This document shows, piece after piece, positions 31,781 through 42,143 of a DNA stretch of 64,000 nucleotides. Under the pieces are notes generated by a model. That model was not told the DNA's origin and did not search any database. It saw only the letters and a list, made by a program, of their open reading frames with translations. The stretch spans positions 186,001 through 250,000 of IMG/VR virus record IMGVR_UViG_3300027793_000052; one strand, 5' to 3'. Position 1 is the first letter of the stretch, and the number at the start of each line of letters is the position of its first letter. Made by a program: the position numbers and the translations under genes.

Positions 31781-32683
31781 ATGGAAGTTTTTAACATACC
31801 AAATACTGATGTATTACAATGGGTTTTTCATACCAATGGTGGTACAAATTCTTGGCAAACATGGCAAAAACCAAGAAACATTGAATTTGTTTCGATGACA
31901 CTTATTGGTGGTGGCGGTGGTGGAGCCGGAGGAGGAGAAGGTGGTGCTGGTACCAATCGTATTGGCGGCGGTGGTGGTGGTTCTTCTGCCATAAGTAAGG
32001 CTCTTTTTAATGCAAATGTTTTACCCGACATACTTTTTGTTCAAGTTGGTCCTGGTGGAGCCGGTGGTGTAGGAAATGGAAATGGAACTGCTGGTTCTCT
32101 TTCTTATGTTTCAGTTGAGCCAAATATTACAGCAACCAATGTTTTATTAAGAAGTGGTAATGGTGCTGCAGGTAATGGAACTGCCGCAGGTGTGGGTGGT
32201 GGTGCTGGAACTATTTTTACACAAACAAATGGATTAGTCAGTTATTTAGGAATATTTCAAGGTATTGCTGGAACTGCTGGTGCGTCAGGAGTTTCTGCTG
32301 CAGCTGGCGGTTCAATCACAATAACTTACGTATTAACAGGTGGTGCTGCTGGTGGTGGAGCAAGTGGGGCTGCTGATTTTAATGGAGGTAATATTACTGG
32401 ATTAGGTAGTATTCCTACGGTTACAGGTGGTGCTGCAGGTGGAACAAATAATGGTAGTTCAGGTTTACAAACAATTAGACCATCATCTAATGTATCTTTA
32501 TCAGTACCTTTATTTAACACAGGTGGTGCAGGCGGTGGAGGATTTAGAACGGGTGGTGTTGCTGGTGCTGGTGGTAATGGTTCTTATGGTTGTGGCGGTG
32601 GTGGCGGTGGTGCTGGAACTAACGGTAATGGTGGAGCCGGAGGAAGAGGTGGAAATGGTTTAGTAATAATAACTGCGTGGTAA
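31781..32683 (+). CDS. Glycine-rich adhesin-like protein, copy 2
   Basis: WQTWQKP...IGGGGGGAGG; same architecture as its neighbours. Confidence 0.8.
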   Translation: MEVFNIPNTDVLQWVFHTNGGTNSWQTWQKPRNIEFVSMTLIGGGGGGAGGGEGGAGTNRIGGGGGGSSAISKALFNANVLPDILFVQVGPGGAGGVGNGNGTAGSLSYVSVEPNITATNVLLRSGNGAAGNGTAAGVGGGAGTIFTQTNGLVSYLGIFQGIAGTAGASGVSAAAGGSITITYVLTGGAAGGGASGAADFNGGNITGLGSIPTVTGGAAGGTNNGSSGLQTIRPSSNVSLSVPLFNTGGAGGGGFRTGGVAGAGGNGSYGCGGGGGGAGTNGNGGAGGRGGNGLVIITAW

Positions 32684-32696
32684 ATGGATTTAAAAT

Positions 32697-33635
32697 ATGG
32701 ATGTATTTAATTTAGTTGATGGAAATATTATAAAACATGTTTTTTTAACTAACGGAAAGACTAATGCTTGGCAAGTTTGGGAAAAACCTAAAAATTGTAA
32801 ATTTATTAATATTATAACCATAGGTGGTGGTGGTGGAGGAGGAGCCGGATTTAGTGCTTCAATTAACACTGCAACAGGTGGTGGAGGCGGAGGAGGGTCT
32901 GCGATAACCAAGGGGTTTTTTATTTCTAATACATTACCTGATAGATTATATATACAAGTTGGTCCAGGTGGTGCGGGTGGTACTAATAATCCTGTTGTTG
33001 CAGCGACTGCGGGTAGTATTTCTTACGTATCGATACAACCCAATACCACCGCTGGTAATGTTATTTTAGCTAGTGGGGCCGCTGATGCCGGTGCGGGTGG
33101 TGCTGGTACAGGTGCCGGTGCGGGTGGTGCGGGTGCTGCGGGTACTGTTTTTAGTCAGACAAACTTTTTTTTATCTACGTTAGGTAATATACAAAGTATT
33201 GCTGGAACAGCTGGTGGCGCGGGTGGTGCTAACGTACCGACTAACGTAACTTTTACCATACCTACTAGTGGAGGAGCTGGTGGTGGCGGTGTAACGGCAG
33301 CTGGTACTGGTTCTGCAGGTGCAAACATAACGGGAGCAGGCTTTGTTCCAACAACAACAGGAGGTGCCGCACAAACAGGAGCCGGTGTTAACGGTGATAA
33401 TGGTAATGTAGGTTTTAACCCCATGTTACCTAATTTTAATTCTTTTAATAGAAATACATTTTTTAATACAGGAGGTGCTGGTGGTGGAACTTCTATTTTA
33501 GCAAATGGTGGTACTGGTGGAAATGGTTCTTACGGTTCAGGTGGTGGTGGAGGGGGAGCTTCTTTTGCTGGAACTGTAAACGGTGGAGCCGGAGGAAAAG
33601 GTGGAGATGGTATTGTAATAATTAATTCTTGGTAG
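32697..33635 (+). CDS. Glycine-rich adhesin-like protein, copy 3
   Basis: WQVWEKP...IGGGGGGGAG; same architecture; ends GIVIINSW. Confidence 0.8.
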   Translation: MDVFNLVDGNIIKHVFLTNGKTNAWQVWEKPKNCKFINIITIGGGGGGGAGFSASINTATGGGGGGGSAITKGFFISNTLPDRLYIQVGPGGAGGTNNPVVAATAGSISYVSIQPNTTAGNVILASGAADAGAGGAGTGAGAGGAGAAGTVFSQTNFFLSTLGNIQSIAGTAGGAGGANVPTNVTFTIPTSGGAGGGGVTAAGTGSAGANITGAGFVPTTTGGAAQTGAGVNGDNGNVGFNPMLPNFNSFNRNTFFNTGGAGGGTSILANGGTGGNGSYGSGGGGGGASFAGTVNGGAGGKGGDGIVIINSW

Positions 33636-33637
33636 AC

Positions 33638-33817
33638 TTAAGATAGTTCGTCACCATAGATATCTTTTTTTATTTTAACAGTATTTGTTTTTTCTTTACA
33701 ACCCTCACGAATTAATTTTTCTACAAAAGCAAACATTCTTAAACCATTGTCTTCACAATAGTTTTTTAATAACTCGTGTGTGGTTTTTGTTATTTTTAAA
33801 TTTTTATCCCTTTTCAT
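33638..33817 (-). CDS. Ribbon-helix-helix-like DNA-binding protein (59 aa, below ORF-track cutoff)
   Basis: Manual translation MKRDKNLKITKTTHELLKNYCEDNGLRMFAFVEKLIREGCKEK...: alternating beta-strand KNLKI followed by two amphipathic helices; own ATATTTAT motif at 33832-33839. Confidence 0.7.
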   Translation of the reverse strand: MKRDKNLKITKTTHELLKNYCEDNGLRMFAFVEKLIREGCKEKTNTVKIKKDIYGDELS

Positions 33818-33979
33818 AATCTTAGTAATATATAAATATTACAAAAGTCTTATAAAAGTAAGACACTTATCACATTAATTCTTATTTATTATTTACTTTT
33901 TAAACACTTTTGAAAAAAGAACAAATATTTATTAGAAAATAGTATATAAACAATAACAAAAGAAAAAAAATAAAATTAA

Positions 33980-36745
33980 ATGGCTTCACAAAAAGTATTA
34001 GTATCACCAGGTGTCTTTACATCAGAAAAAGATTTAACCTTTGTGGCACAACAAGTAGGTGTGACTACATTAGGTTTAGTTGGTGAGACAACAAAAGGTC
34101 CGGCTTTTGAACCTATATTCATTGCTAACTACGATGAATTTTTAACAATTTTTGGTGGTTTAAATCCTGAAAAATTTGGGGGTTCAAACCCAATACCAAA
34201 ATATGAATTACCTTACATAGCTAAGAGTTATTTAACCGAATCTAATCAATTGTTTGTGACAAGAGTATTAGGTTTAAACGGTTATGATGCTGGTGATGCT
34301 TGGGTTATTACGGCAGATGCTAACTATGATCCTTCAACAATTACCACTGTTTCAACAAGTGCTTTTACCGCAACATTTACAGGTGGTACATATACATCAA
34401 TTAGTGATATTAATGTTAATTATCTTAACTCACTAGGTTTATTACCAAATCCAACTACTAATGTAACAACAGAAAGTGTACCAGGTGTAACAACAGCATA
34501 TCCTGAAGGAGTTGTATTTACTAAAGTTGGTTCATCTTTTACAGGGGTATCAGCAACAATTATACAAACTTCTTATGATAGTAACGCTTTTACAGGTACA
34601 ACTTCAGGTACAGTAACAACTTATACAGCTACACAATATACCGAATATGAAGGTTTAGTATTAGCAGTATTAAGATCTAGAGGTAACTATTCTACAGATG
34701 CATTTACTTGGTCTACCGTTCAAGATCCTAACGGTGTTAAAATTGGTCTAACAGATTTAACAGACCCATTAGCACAATTCACCTTATCAGCATCTTCTGT
34801 TGGTTTCAGTGCGACATCTGTTTATAACGTATCATTAGATAAAACTAATAAAAATTATATTACTGGTGTATTAGGTGTTGATTGTTACGATAAGAATAGT
34901 AGAATTTTTGTTGAAGAAATTTATACTAACATGTTACAAGATTTAATTGATAACAATTACATCTTAGGTATTAATGACACTTTAACCCATGTTAATAATA
35001 TAGATAACTACAAACAACAATACCAAACTCCTGAAACTCCATGGGTTGTATCAGAATTACGTGGTAATGAAGTTTTCAAATTATTTAAATTTATTTCAAT
35101 ATCTGACGGTAGTTCAGCAAATAAAGAAATTAAAATCTCTATACAAAACATTAAACCTGACACTAAAGAGTTTGATATTATTGTTAGACAATGGGATGAT
35201 ACTGATGCTAGACCTTCTATTTTAGAAAGTTTCCCTAAATGTAATATGGATCCTTCTTCAAACAATTTCGTAGCAAGAAGAATTGGTACTGCTGACGGTG
35301 AAAATGTTCTTAACAGTAGATTTATCATGTTGGTTATGAATCCTGACGCTCCAATAGACGCTTTCACAGCAGGTTTTGAAGGATATCGTGTGAGAGATTA
35401 TGGTACAGCAACAGCACCATTTATTGATTACAAAACCTTTTACGATCCTGAAAACGAAAGAATAAGAAAAGTATACTTAGGTATTACGGATACAAAAGGA
35501 ATTGACCAAGATTTATTTGATTGGAAAGGTTTAACTTCAAACGATACTTACTGGACAGCAACAACTAAAGGTTTCCACATGGATTCTGGAGCTACTGTGG
35601 CAGGTAACTTTGATTGTGGTCTTTATGAATTCCGTGATGATGCTGGTATCGAAGGTACTGATTATGAAACTTTAGCGTCTAGAAAATTCACATTTGTACC
35701 TTATTGGGGTTATGATGGTTGGGATTGTTATCGTAAATCTAGAACTAATACTGATAAATATCGTGTAGGTAAAGCAGGTTTTACGGCAGGTTTAGCCGCA
35801 GGACAATTTGAACAATTAGGCCCACAAGATGGTACTTCTGACTTGTACGCTTACTGGAATGGTTATAAAACATTCGCAAATCCTGAAGCTGTTAATATTA
35901 ACGTATTTGCAACACCTGGTATTGATTACGCTAACAACGGTTACTTAGTGGCTGAAGTTATTGACATGGTTGAAGAACAAAGAGCTGATTCAGTTTATAT
36001 TTTAAGTTCACCGGATAATTCTTATACCGAAACAGATAACGTAACTGAAAGTTTAGGATTTAATTCAATAACAGTAGATACGGCTGACGCACTTATTAGT
36101 TTACTTGAAGGGGCTGACATTGATTCTAACTATACAGCCACTTATTGGCCATGGATACAAGAAAGAGATTCCGAAAACACTGTTAACATTTGGTTACCTC
36201 CAACATTAGAAGTTGTTAGAAATATCGCCTTAACCGATAACGTGGCCTTCCCATGGTACGCAGTTGCTGGTTATACTCGTGGTTTAACAAACGCTATCCA
36301 AGCTCGTGTTAAATTAACAGAAGACGATAGAGATACTTTATATGAAGGTCGTGTTAATCCAATGGCAACTTTCTCCGATGTGGGTGTTGTTATTTGGGGT
36401 AATAAAAATTTACAAGTTAAGGATTCCGTTCTTGATAGATTAAACATCAGAAGATTGTTATTACAAGCTCGTAAGTTGATTACAGCGGTTGGTGTTAGAT
36501 TGTTATTCGAACAAAATGACCAAATTGTTAGAAATCAATTCTTGAACTTGGTTAACCCAATCTTAGATAACATCAGAAAAGAAAGAGGTTTAGCTGACTT
36601 TAGAGTTCAATTATCTAATGACCCTGAAGAAATAGATAGAAACGAAATGAGAGGTAAGATTTTCTTAAAACCAATACCTACATTAGAATACATCTACATT
36701 GAGTTTAACGTAACTCCTACTGGAGCTTCATTCGACAATATCTAA
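33980..36745 (+). CDS. Contractile tail sheath protein (T4 gp18-like)
   Basis: VSPGVFTSEKDLT, GETTKGPAFEP, PWYAVAG..RG, LYEGRVNP, WGNK, LNIRRLL, P.PTLEYI.I.F motifs. Confidence 0.95.
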   Translation: MASQKVLVSPGVFTSEKDLTFVAQQVGVTTLGLVGETTKGPAFEPIFIANYDEFLTIFGGLNPEKFGGSNPIPKYELPYIAKSYLTESNQLFVTRVLGLNGYDAGDAWVITADANYDPSTITTVSTSAFTATFTGGTYTSISDINVNYLNSLGLLPNPTTNVTTESVPGVTTAYPEGVVFTKVGSSFTGVSATIIQTSYDSNAFTGTTSGTVTTYTATQYTEYEGLVLAVLRSRGNYSTDAFTWSTVQDPNGVKIGLTDLTDPLAQFTLSASSVGFSATSVYNVSLDKTNKNYITGVLGVDCYDKNSRIFVEEIYTNMLQDLIDNNYILGINDTLTHVNNIDNYKQQYQTPETPWVVSELRGNEVFKLFKFISISDGSSANKEIKISIQNIKPDTKEFDIIVRQWDDTDARPSILESFPKCNMDPSSNNFVARRIGTADGENVLNSRFIMLVMNPDAPIDAFTAGFEGYRVRDYGTATAPFIDYKTFYDPENERIRKVYLGITDTKGIDQDLFDWKGLTSNDTYWTATTKGFHMDSGATVAGNFDCGLYEFRDDAGIEGTDYETLASRKFTFVPYWGYDGWDCYRKSRTNTDKYRVGKAGFTAGLAAGQFEQLGPQDGTSDLYAYWNGYKTFANPEAVNINVFATPGIDYANNGYLVAEVIDMVEEQRADSVYILSSPDNSYTETDNVTESLGFNSITVDTADALISLLEGADIDSNYTATYWPWIQERDSENTVNIWLPPTLEVVRNIALTDNVAFPWYAVAGYTRGLTNAIQARVKLTEDDRDTLYEGRVNPMATFSDVGVVIWGNKNLQVKDSVLDRLNIRRLLLQARKLITAVGVRLLFEQNDQIVRNQFLNLVNPILDNIRKERGLADFRVQLSNDPEEIDRNEMRGKIFLKPIPTLEYIYIEFNVTPTGASFDNI

Positions 36746-36765
36746 TAACAGATAAAATAACTAAT

Positions 36766-36794
36766 AAAAAGTCCACAATTTAGTGGACTTTTTT
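36766..36794 (+). terminator. Intrinsic terminator after sheath gene
   Basis: AAAAAGTCCAC-AATTTA-GTGGACTTTTTT. Confidence 0.85.
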
Positions 36795-36860
36795 GTTTTT
36801 ATTGTATATTTATATAATAATATGTTTAAGTCACGTTATAGTTTATAAAAATATTTTACC

Positions 36861-38615
36861 ATGAAAATAGAATTAATTTGTCAGTGTTGTAATAAACCCT
36901 TTGAAACAGAATTTAAGTTTAGGGATAAAAAGTTTTGTTCAAGAAACTGTTATTTTCAAAATGCTCGTCAAGGCAAAACAAAAATAGGTAGATCCAAAGA
37001 TGAAACAATAAGAGAAACTAGAGAATGTAAGGTTTGTGGTAAAGAATTCGAAGTGAAGAAAAAACAAAACAAACAAATGTGTTCTGACGAATGTAGGGTA
37101 AAATGGGGTAATAGAGATGATGTAAAACAAAAAAGATTAGATACCACTAAAAAAACGGTACAAGAAAAGTATGGTGTTGATCATATTTGGCAAGTTAAAG
37201 AGATACACCAAAAAACCATGGAAAATAGAGATATGGGGGTAGTTTCCACTAAGGTAAGTGAATCTTTAAAATCCAAAACTGATGAAGAAAAGAAAGATAT
37301 TTTAGAAAAAAGAAAAATAACAAAAGAAAAAATATATGGAAACCCATTTTATAACAACCCAAATAAGATATCTAATTCTTTAAAAGTTAGTTATCTTGTT
37401 AATGGTGATACTATAAATGAAAAAAGGGAAAAAACGATGTTAACCAAATACGGTGTTACATCTTCATTACAGTTAGATATCACTAGAGTTAAATTGGAGG
37501 AGATTAGGGATGAGGTTACAAAGAAGGGTGTTGAAGTCAGGAAGGCAAAGTATATAGAGTATTTAAAATCTAGATTAGAAGATAATAACCTATGTATATT
37601 ATCTGAGTATGATAAAAATAAGGAAGGTACCAAAAGTATAGAATATGAGTTTAAATGTTTAAAGTGCGATAATATTTTTACATCAACTGTGTTAGGTAGT
37701 GGTAAAATACCTATATGTAGAAAATGTAACCCAACATTTACAGAAACACATATTAGTAATAAAATAAAAGAGGTTTTAGATTTATATTCTATTAATTATA
37801 TACAGAATGATAGGAGGTTGATAAACCCATATGAGTTAGATTTTTATTTACCTGAACATAATTTAGCATTCGAAATTAATGGTAATTATTATCATTCTGA
37901 AATTGGTGGTGGTAAAGATAAATTTTATCATATAGATAAAACAAAATTAGCTAACCATAAAAACGTTAAAGTAATTCAACTATATGAGGATGAAATTATC
38001 CAAAACTTTGAAATAGTTAAAAGTAAGATTTTACACTTTATCGGAAAACAGGAAAATAAGATATACGCAAGAAAGTGTGTGTTAAAATTAATAGACAATA
38101 AAACTTCAAGAAAGTTTTTAGATGAAAACCATTTACAAGGTAATAGTAAATCATCTGTTAAATTAGGATTGTACCATCAAGATAAGTTGGTTTCTGTTAT
38201 GACATTCTCTAAGGGTAGGGTTGTAACATCGAATAGTGGTTGGGAGTTAATTAGGTTTTGTAATAAAAAATATACTTCTGTTATTGGTTCATTCAATAAA
38301 CTATTAAATTATTTTACCAAAAACTATGAGTTTGATGAGTTGATAACTTATTGTGATATTAGATGGTCGGGTATTAAACCAGAAGATACTGTATACTACA
38401 AAAATAATCTAAAGTTTGTTGGATTTACACCACCTTCCTATTGGTATATGGACAGGAAAAATTATAATTATAGACTACATAGATTTAACTTTAGGAAATC
38501 CAAATTAGTATCTGAAGGTTTTGATGTTAATAAAACTGAATGGGATATAATGAAAGAACGTGGTTTTGATAGAATATGGGATTGTGGTACAATGAAATTT
38601 ATTTATAATAAATAA
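36861..38615 (+). mobile_element. Putative free-standing endonuclease (Zn-finger + PD-(D/E)xK-like + C-terminal GNAT/Mom-like domain), copy 1
   Basis: CxxC/FCSRNC motifs; KYGV repeats; ELDFYLPEHNLAFEINGNYYH nuclease motif; YARKC...HLQG...WELIRFC...RIWDCG C-terminal domain. Confidence 0.75.
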
Positions 38616-38618
38616 AAT

Positions 38619-39317
38619 ATGAAACAGTTAATAAAAAAAATATTAGACGAAAACTTAAAAAGAATTATTGTAACAGACGAAAATAGGTTTGATTATGATA
38701 TAACGGAGTCTTTTGATAAACCATCTAATAATGTAAAAAAGATGGATGATTTTTTTTATGAGGTTATAGAAGATGGTGTTAAATCACATTTTAATTTTAG
38801 AATAGAATTTAATAATAATTATTTTAATGATTTTAGGTGGATATCGAATGATGTTGATGTTTTTTATGATTTTTCTTGGGATTACGAATCAAATGTGTCT
38901 AGGGGTGATAAAATAAAATATTGGAAAACGATGACAACAACATCTTTTAAGATATTGGATGATTTTATAAGAACTATGAACCCTAAGGTTATAAAATTTG
39001 GTGATAGGTATACCGGCAATTTTAAAGTCTACTTTCATGAACAATTTTTAAAAATATTAAAATCAATATTTGGTCAAAATTACGATGTGATAGATTATTC
39101 CGATAAAAATGTAATATTTTTGGTTAAAAAAGAGTTTGTAATTTTAGAAGGTACTTCTGTAAGAAAACGTATGGAATATTTAGGTGAGACATTAGCTGAA
39201 GCTGAAAACTATTGGAAATATCCACATAAGAGAAAAAGACAAATGAAAGGTATTATAAAGAATGATTACCGTAAGGAACAAATAAAACGTATTATAAATA
39301 AACTAAGATATACCTAA
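38619..39317 (+). CDS. Hypothetical protein with N-terminal MKQLIKKILDE motif
   Basis: ORF; shared N-terminal peptide. Confidence 0.75.
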   Translation: MKQLIKKILDENLKRIIVTDENRFDYDITESFDKPSNNVKKMDDFFYEVIEDGVKSHFNFRIEFNNNYFNDFRWISNDVDVFYDFSWDYESNVSRGDKIKYWKTMTTTSFKILDDFIRTMNPKVIKFGDRYTGNFKVYFHEQFLKILKSIFGQNYDVIDYSDKNVIFLVKKEFVILEGTSVRKRMEYLGETLAEAENYWKYPHKRKRQMKGIIKNDYRKEQIKRIINKLRYT

Positions 39318-39319
39318 AT

Positions 39320-39347
39320 AAAAGCCCATAGAAATATGGGCTTTTTT
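39320..39347 (+). terminator. Intrinsic terminator
   Basis: AAAAGCCCATA-GAAA-TATGGGCTTTTTT. Confidence 0.85.
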
Positions 39348-39370
39348 AATGCCAAAACTATTTATATAAT

Positions 39371-39670
39371 ATGTTAGAACATTTTGATATATTACATCTA
39401 TTATTAGCTTACACAGGTTTGTTAATACATGTAATATTAAAATTGGCACAATTACCTGGAAGTTTATTTGAGAATATTACAAAGAAAGATATATTGGTTG
39501 TTTTGGCATCCATTCTAAGTATTCCTGTAATTCTAATAGTATGTAGTGACACAGCAATGAAAGAATTTTTACCTATTAATAATGTTACAGCATTTTTAGC
39601 CGGATATCAAACACAATCATTTTTAAAAACTTTTTCAAATTTTACTAAAAAAGTAAATAAACAAGAATGA
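39371..39670 (+). CDS. Small multi-TM membrane protein (holin-like, uncertain)
   Basis: 2-3 hydrophobic segments and a basic C-terminus; no endolysin in the window to support a holin role. Confidence 0.5.
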   Translation: MLEHFDILHLLLAYTGLLIHVILKLAQLPGSLFENITKKDILVVLASILSIPVILIVCSDTAMKEFLPINNVTAFLAGYQTQSFLKTFSNFTKKVNKQE

Positions 39671-39710
39671 TTTTTATTAAATAAAGCATATTTATATATA
39701 AAAAACGACT

Positions 39711-39938
39711 ATGTCAAAAATTATTAAAAAACAAGATATCACTGTACTTATTGAAAGTACTTTAAAATCTGCTGGTATTGAACCTAAATTTGAAGGTGAA
39801 AAAGAAGTTGTATCAGAATCTAAAGTTGAGGGAGTTGTTACCGAAACTAAAAAAGAAGAAAAACCTTTAATAAACGAAGACTTCCAAAACGAAATGGATA
39901 GATTCAAAAAATTAACAAATTATACTTTTAAAAAATAA
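39711..39938 (+). CDS. Small acidic hypothetical protein (putative head core/internal peptide)
   Basis: 75 aa with multiple (I/V)-x-E sites; C-terminal LINE...EMDRFKKL. Confidence 0.65.
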   Translation: MSKIIKKQDITVLIESTLKSAGIEPKFEGEKEVVSESKVEGVVTETKKEEKPLINEDFQNEMDRFKKLTNYTFKK

Positions 39939-39944
39939 TTAAAA

Positions 39945-40472
39945 ATGGCAACAAGATATAAATTAACAAAAGACCAATTAGAAAGAATCGTTGAAAATTT
40001 CGTAATGGAATCAGCTTCTATAGAAAGTAAGAAAGCCCCTGTGAAAAATCATATACCATCACAAGGTGCTGAAGCTAAGAAACACGTTAAAAATAAGATA
40101 ACTGGTGATATTGTAGAACCTAGTGAAGGTGTACCAGCAAAACCTCCTGTAATGAAAAAGAAATTATCACAGGCTGCTGACGCTAAAAAACATGTTTCAA
40201 ATTCTAAAATGAAACATTCTAACAAGGCTAAAGTTGTTAAAGAAGAAAAAGAACAATTGATTAAAGAATTTCTTGGTGAATTCTCCGATGTGGATGTAAT
40301 GTCGGTAAGTCAGATTATTACTGTGGTAATGGCTATGTTGGGTATAGTTGGTGTAGCAGCTTGGAGATCTTTAAAAGAACCTACCAAAAAGAAATTGATG
40401 TCTTCTAAACATAAAGAAGTTGCTGACAAAATCATCAACAAGATTGATGACGAGGTGTCTAAGAAAAGTTAA
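39945..40472 (+). CDS. Hypothetical protein with internal repeat and C-terminal TM helix
   Basis: QGAEAKKHVKNK / QAADAKKHVSNS repeat; hydrophobic IITVVMAMLGIVGVAAW. Confidence 0.7.
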   Translation: MATRYKLTKDQLERIVENFVMESASIESKKAPVKNHIPSQGAEAKKHVKNKITGDIVEPSEGVPAKPPVMKKKLSQAADAKKHVSNSKMKHSNKAKVVKEEKEQLIKEFLGEFSDVDVMSVSQIITVVMAMLGIVGVAAWRSLKEPTKKKLMSSKHKEVADKIINKIDDEVSKKS

Positions 40473-40491
40473 TTTAATTATTAATTATAAT

Positions 40492-40524
40492 AAAAAAGGG
40501 TGATTATATAATCACCCTTTTTTT
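40492..40524. terminator. Bidirectional terminator between convergent genes
   Basis: AAAAAAGGGTGATT-ATAT-AATCACCCTTTTTTT. Confidence 0.88.
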
Positions 40525-40802
40525 ATGTCATCATCTGTTAAATCGTTAAAATCGAAAAACTCATCGGTCTTTCCGTTATTCAATTGGTCTACCCAGTAAC
40601 ATTTTTCTAAATAAGATTTTATAGAATCTATTAAAATATGACAAACTATGATTAGTCTGATTAAATCAAACCAAAAACCTAAAGAAACAAAAAAAACAGT
40701 TAAAAACATTAATAAAGATACTACAAGTTTAATATGGAAATCTTTATTCCAAAAGTTTATAGCGAATTCTATTTTTTCTGTTTTATTGAATATTGGTTTC
40801 AT
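40512..40802 (-). CDS. Small two-TM membrane protein
   Basis: Two hydrophobic segments; preceded by a consensus Bacteroidota-type promoter. Confidence 0.7.
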   Translation of the reverse strand: MKPIFNKTEKIEFAINFWNKDFHIKLVVSLLMFLTVFFVSLGFWFDLIRLIIVCHILIDSIKSYLEKCYWVDQLNNGKTDEFFDFNDLTDDDIKKG

Positions 40803-40824
40803 GTCTGTTTATTGTTTAATAATA

Positions 40825-40856
40825 CAAATATAAGTAAAGTTTTAAATATACACAAA
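40825..40856 (-). promoter_or_regulatory. Bacteroidota sigmaA-type promoter (TTTG-N20-TATATTTG)
   Basis: Exact -33/-7 consensus upstream of 40802. Confidence 0.75.
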
Positions 40857-40871
40857 TAAATTTTTATCAAT

Positions 40872-40896
40872 AAAAATGGGGGTATTTAACCCCCAT
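40872..40896 (-). terminator. Terminator after SPFH gene
   Basis: ATGGGGG/CCCCCAT stem followed by a T tract on the minus strand. Confidence 0.75.
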
Positions 40897-40900
40897 GTTA

Positions 40901-42142
40901 CTATTTACTAGTTTTCATATCTAAATTAATCTCTTTGGCTGTTTTTGCCATCATTAATTGGATTAGTGACGCCGCCTCTGTATTATGAGAACTACCATTC
41001 CCACCCATAACTGTAGTAGGAACCCAATTACTATTACTCATAGCTGCCGCGTATTCTTTATTAACTTTTACCCAAGCATCTAATTTTTGTTCTAATGCTC
41101 CATTAGCCTGAATAACTGCTCTTTTCTTATACGCCTCAGCGTCGGCTAGAATTTTAACCTTTGACGCTTCTTCGGTTGCCGCCATTTTAGCTATACGTTG
41201 TTGTTCCAAATCCTGTTTTGCTAACTCCACCTTAGTTTGAGCAGCTACTACCTGTTTGGTCTGTTCTTGTTTTTGAGTGTACTCAATCTCTACAAGTTTC
41301 TTCTTACCCTCAGCCTCAGCCGTTAAAGCCTGTTGTTGTGCTGTCATTAACCTCTGTTTAGATACGGAGGCCGCTGTTGACGCGTCAATTTTCTTAGCTA
41401 ACATATCATCAACTCGTTTCTCATAATCCACATCGGTAATAGAAGCGTCAGCCACTGTAATACCATATTCTTTAATACTAGACACTTTACGTTTAACTTG
41501 ACCATTCTTATCAGTTTGTACTACTGTTTGATATATACGTTTTTTGGCTTTTTCTAATGAATCATATTCAACATATTCCTTTGTTTGTAAAATAAAAGTG
41601 CCACTCTTTAATTGGTCAATATAATCTTGTGACATCTGTGCTCTACCACCAGAATAATGCATTTCAGAACTCATTAACTGAGCCGCTGATTGTAAACATT
41701 CTTTGGTGTATGGTGACAGTCTTTTAGTTACCAATGATTGTGGTGTCCTATGTGTATTATGTATTAATATCATATCCTTTTCATCATTTGGTAATATGTA
41801 TTGGGCTATACCAGATACATCGGCAGTAGTAGCATCCCCACCAAAACGAACACCTATTTTACCTATTTCAATACCATTATCTTCTAACTCTAGATTAGCC
41901 TCTTGTTTAGAATATGATACTGAAATCTGATTTGGCCAAGAAGTTTTCTTAGCGAATAACCCAGCGTAATAAACACCAGATTCAAATTGGACGAATTGTT
42001 TACCACTCATTTGTTGAACCACTGTTCTTTCACCAGCGTCATTCCAAGCAAAAGGGTTAACAAATAAAAACATAATAATAGCTAATACAGATACTACACC
42101 TGTTACAACCCATTTAATGGGGAATTTTTGATTTTCAAACAT
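40901..42142 (-). CDS. SPFH/band-7 (prohibitin/flotillin-like) membrane protein
   Basis: N-terminal TM; SPFH-like core (YGITVADASITDVDY); long AE/AQ-rich coiled coil; C-terminal WVP..VMGG. Confidence 0.85.
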   Translation of the reverse strand: MFENQKFPIKWVVTGVVSVLAIIMFLFVNPFAWNDAGERTVVQQMSGKQFVQFESGVYYAGLFAKKTSWPNQISVSYSKQEANLELEDNGIEIGKIGVRFGGDATTADVSGIAQYILPNDEKDMILIHNTHRTPQSLVTKRLSPYTKECLQSAAQLMSSEMHYSGGRAQMSQDYIDQLKSGTFILQTKEYVEYDSLEKAKKRIYQTVVQTDKNGQVKRKVSSIKEYGITVADASITDVDYEKRVDDMLAKKIDASTAASVSKQRLMTAQQQALTAEAEGKKKLVEIEYTQKQEQTKQVVAAQTKVELAKQDLEQQRIAKMAATEEASKVKILADAEAYKKRAVIQANGALEQKLDAWVKVNKEYAAAMSNSNWVPTTVMGGNGSSHNTEAASLIQLMMAKTAKEINLDMKTSK

Positions 42143-42143
42143 G

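Noticed and set aside
39371-39670. Definite holin / lysis cassette
   Set aside because: Topology fits, but no endolysin is adjacent or in the window; kept only as a low-confidence label.
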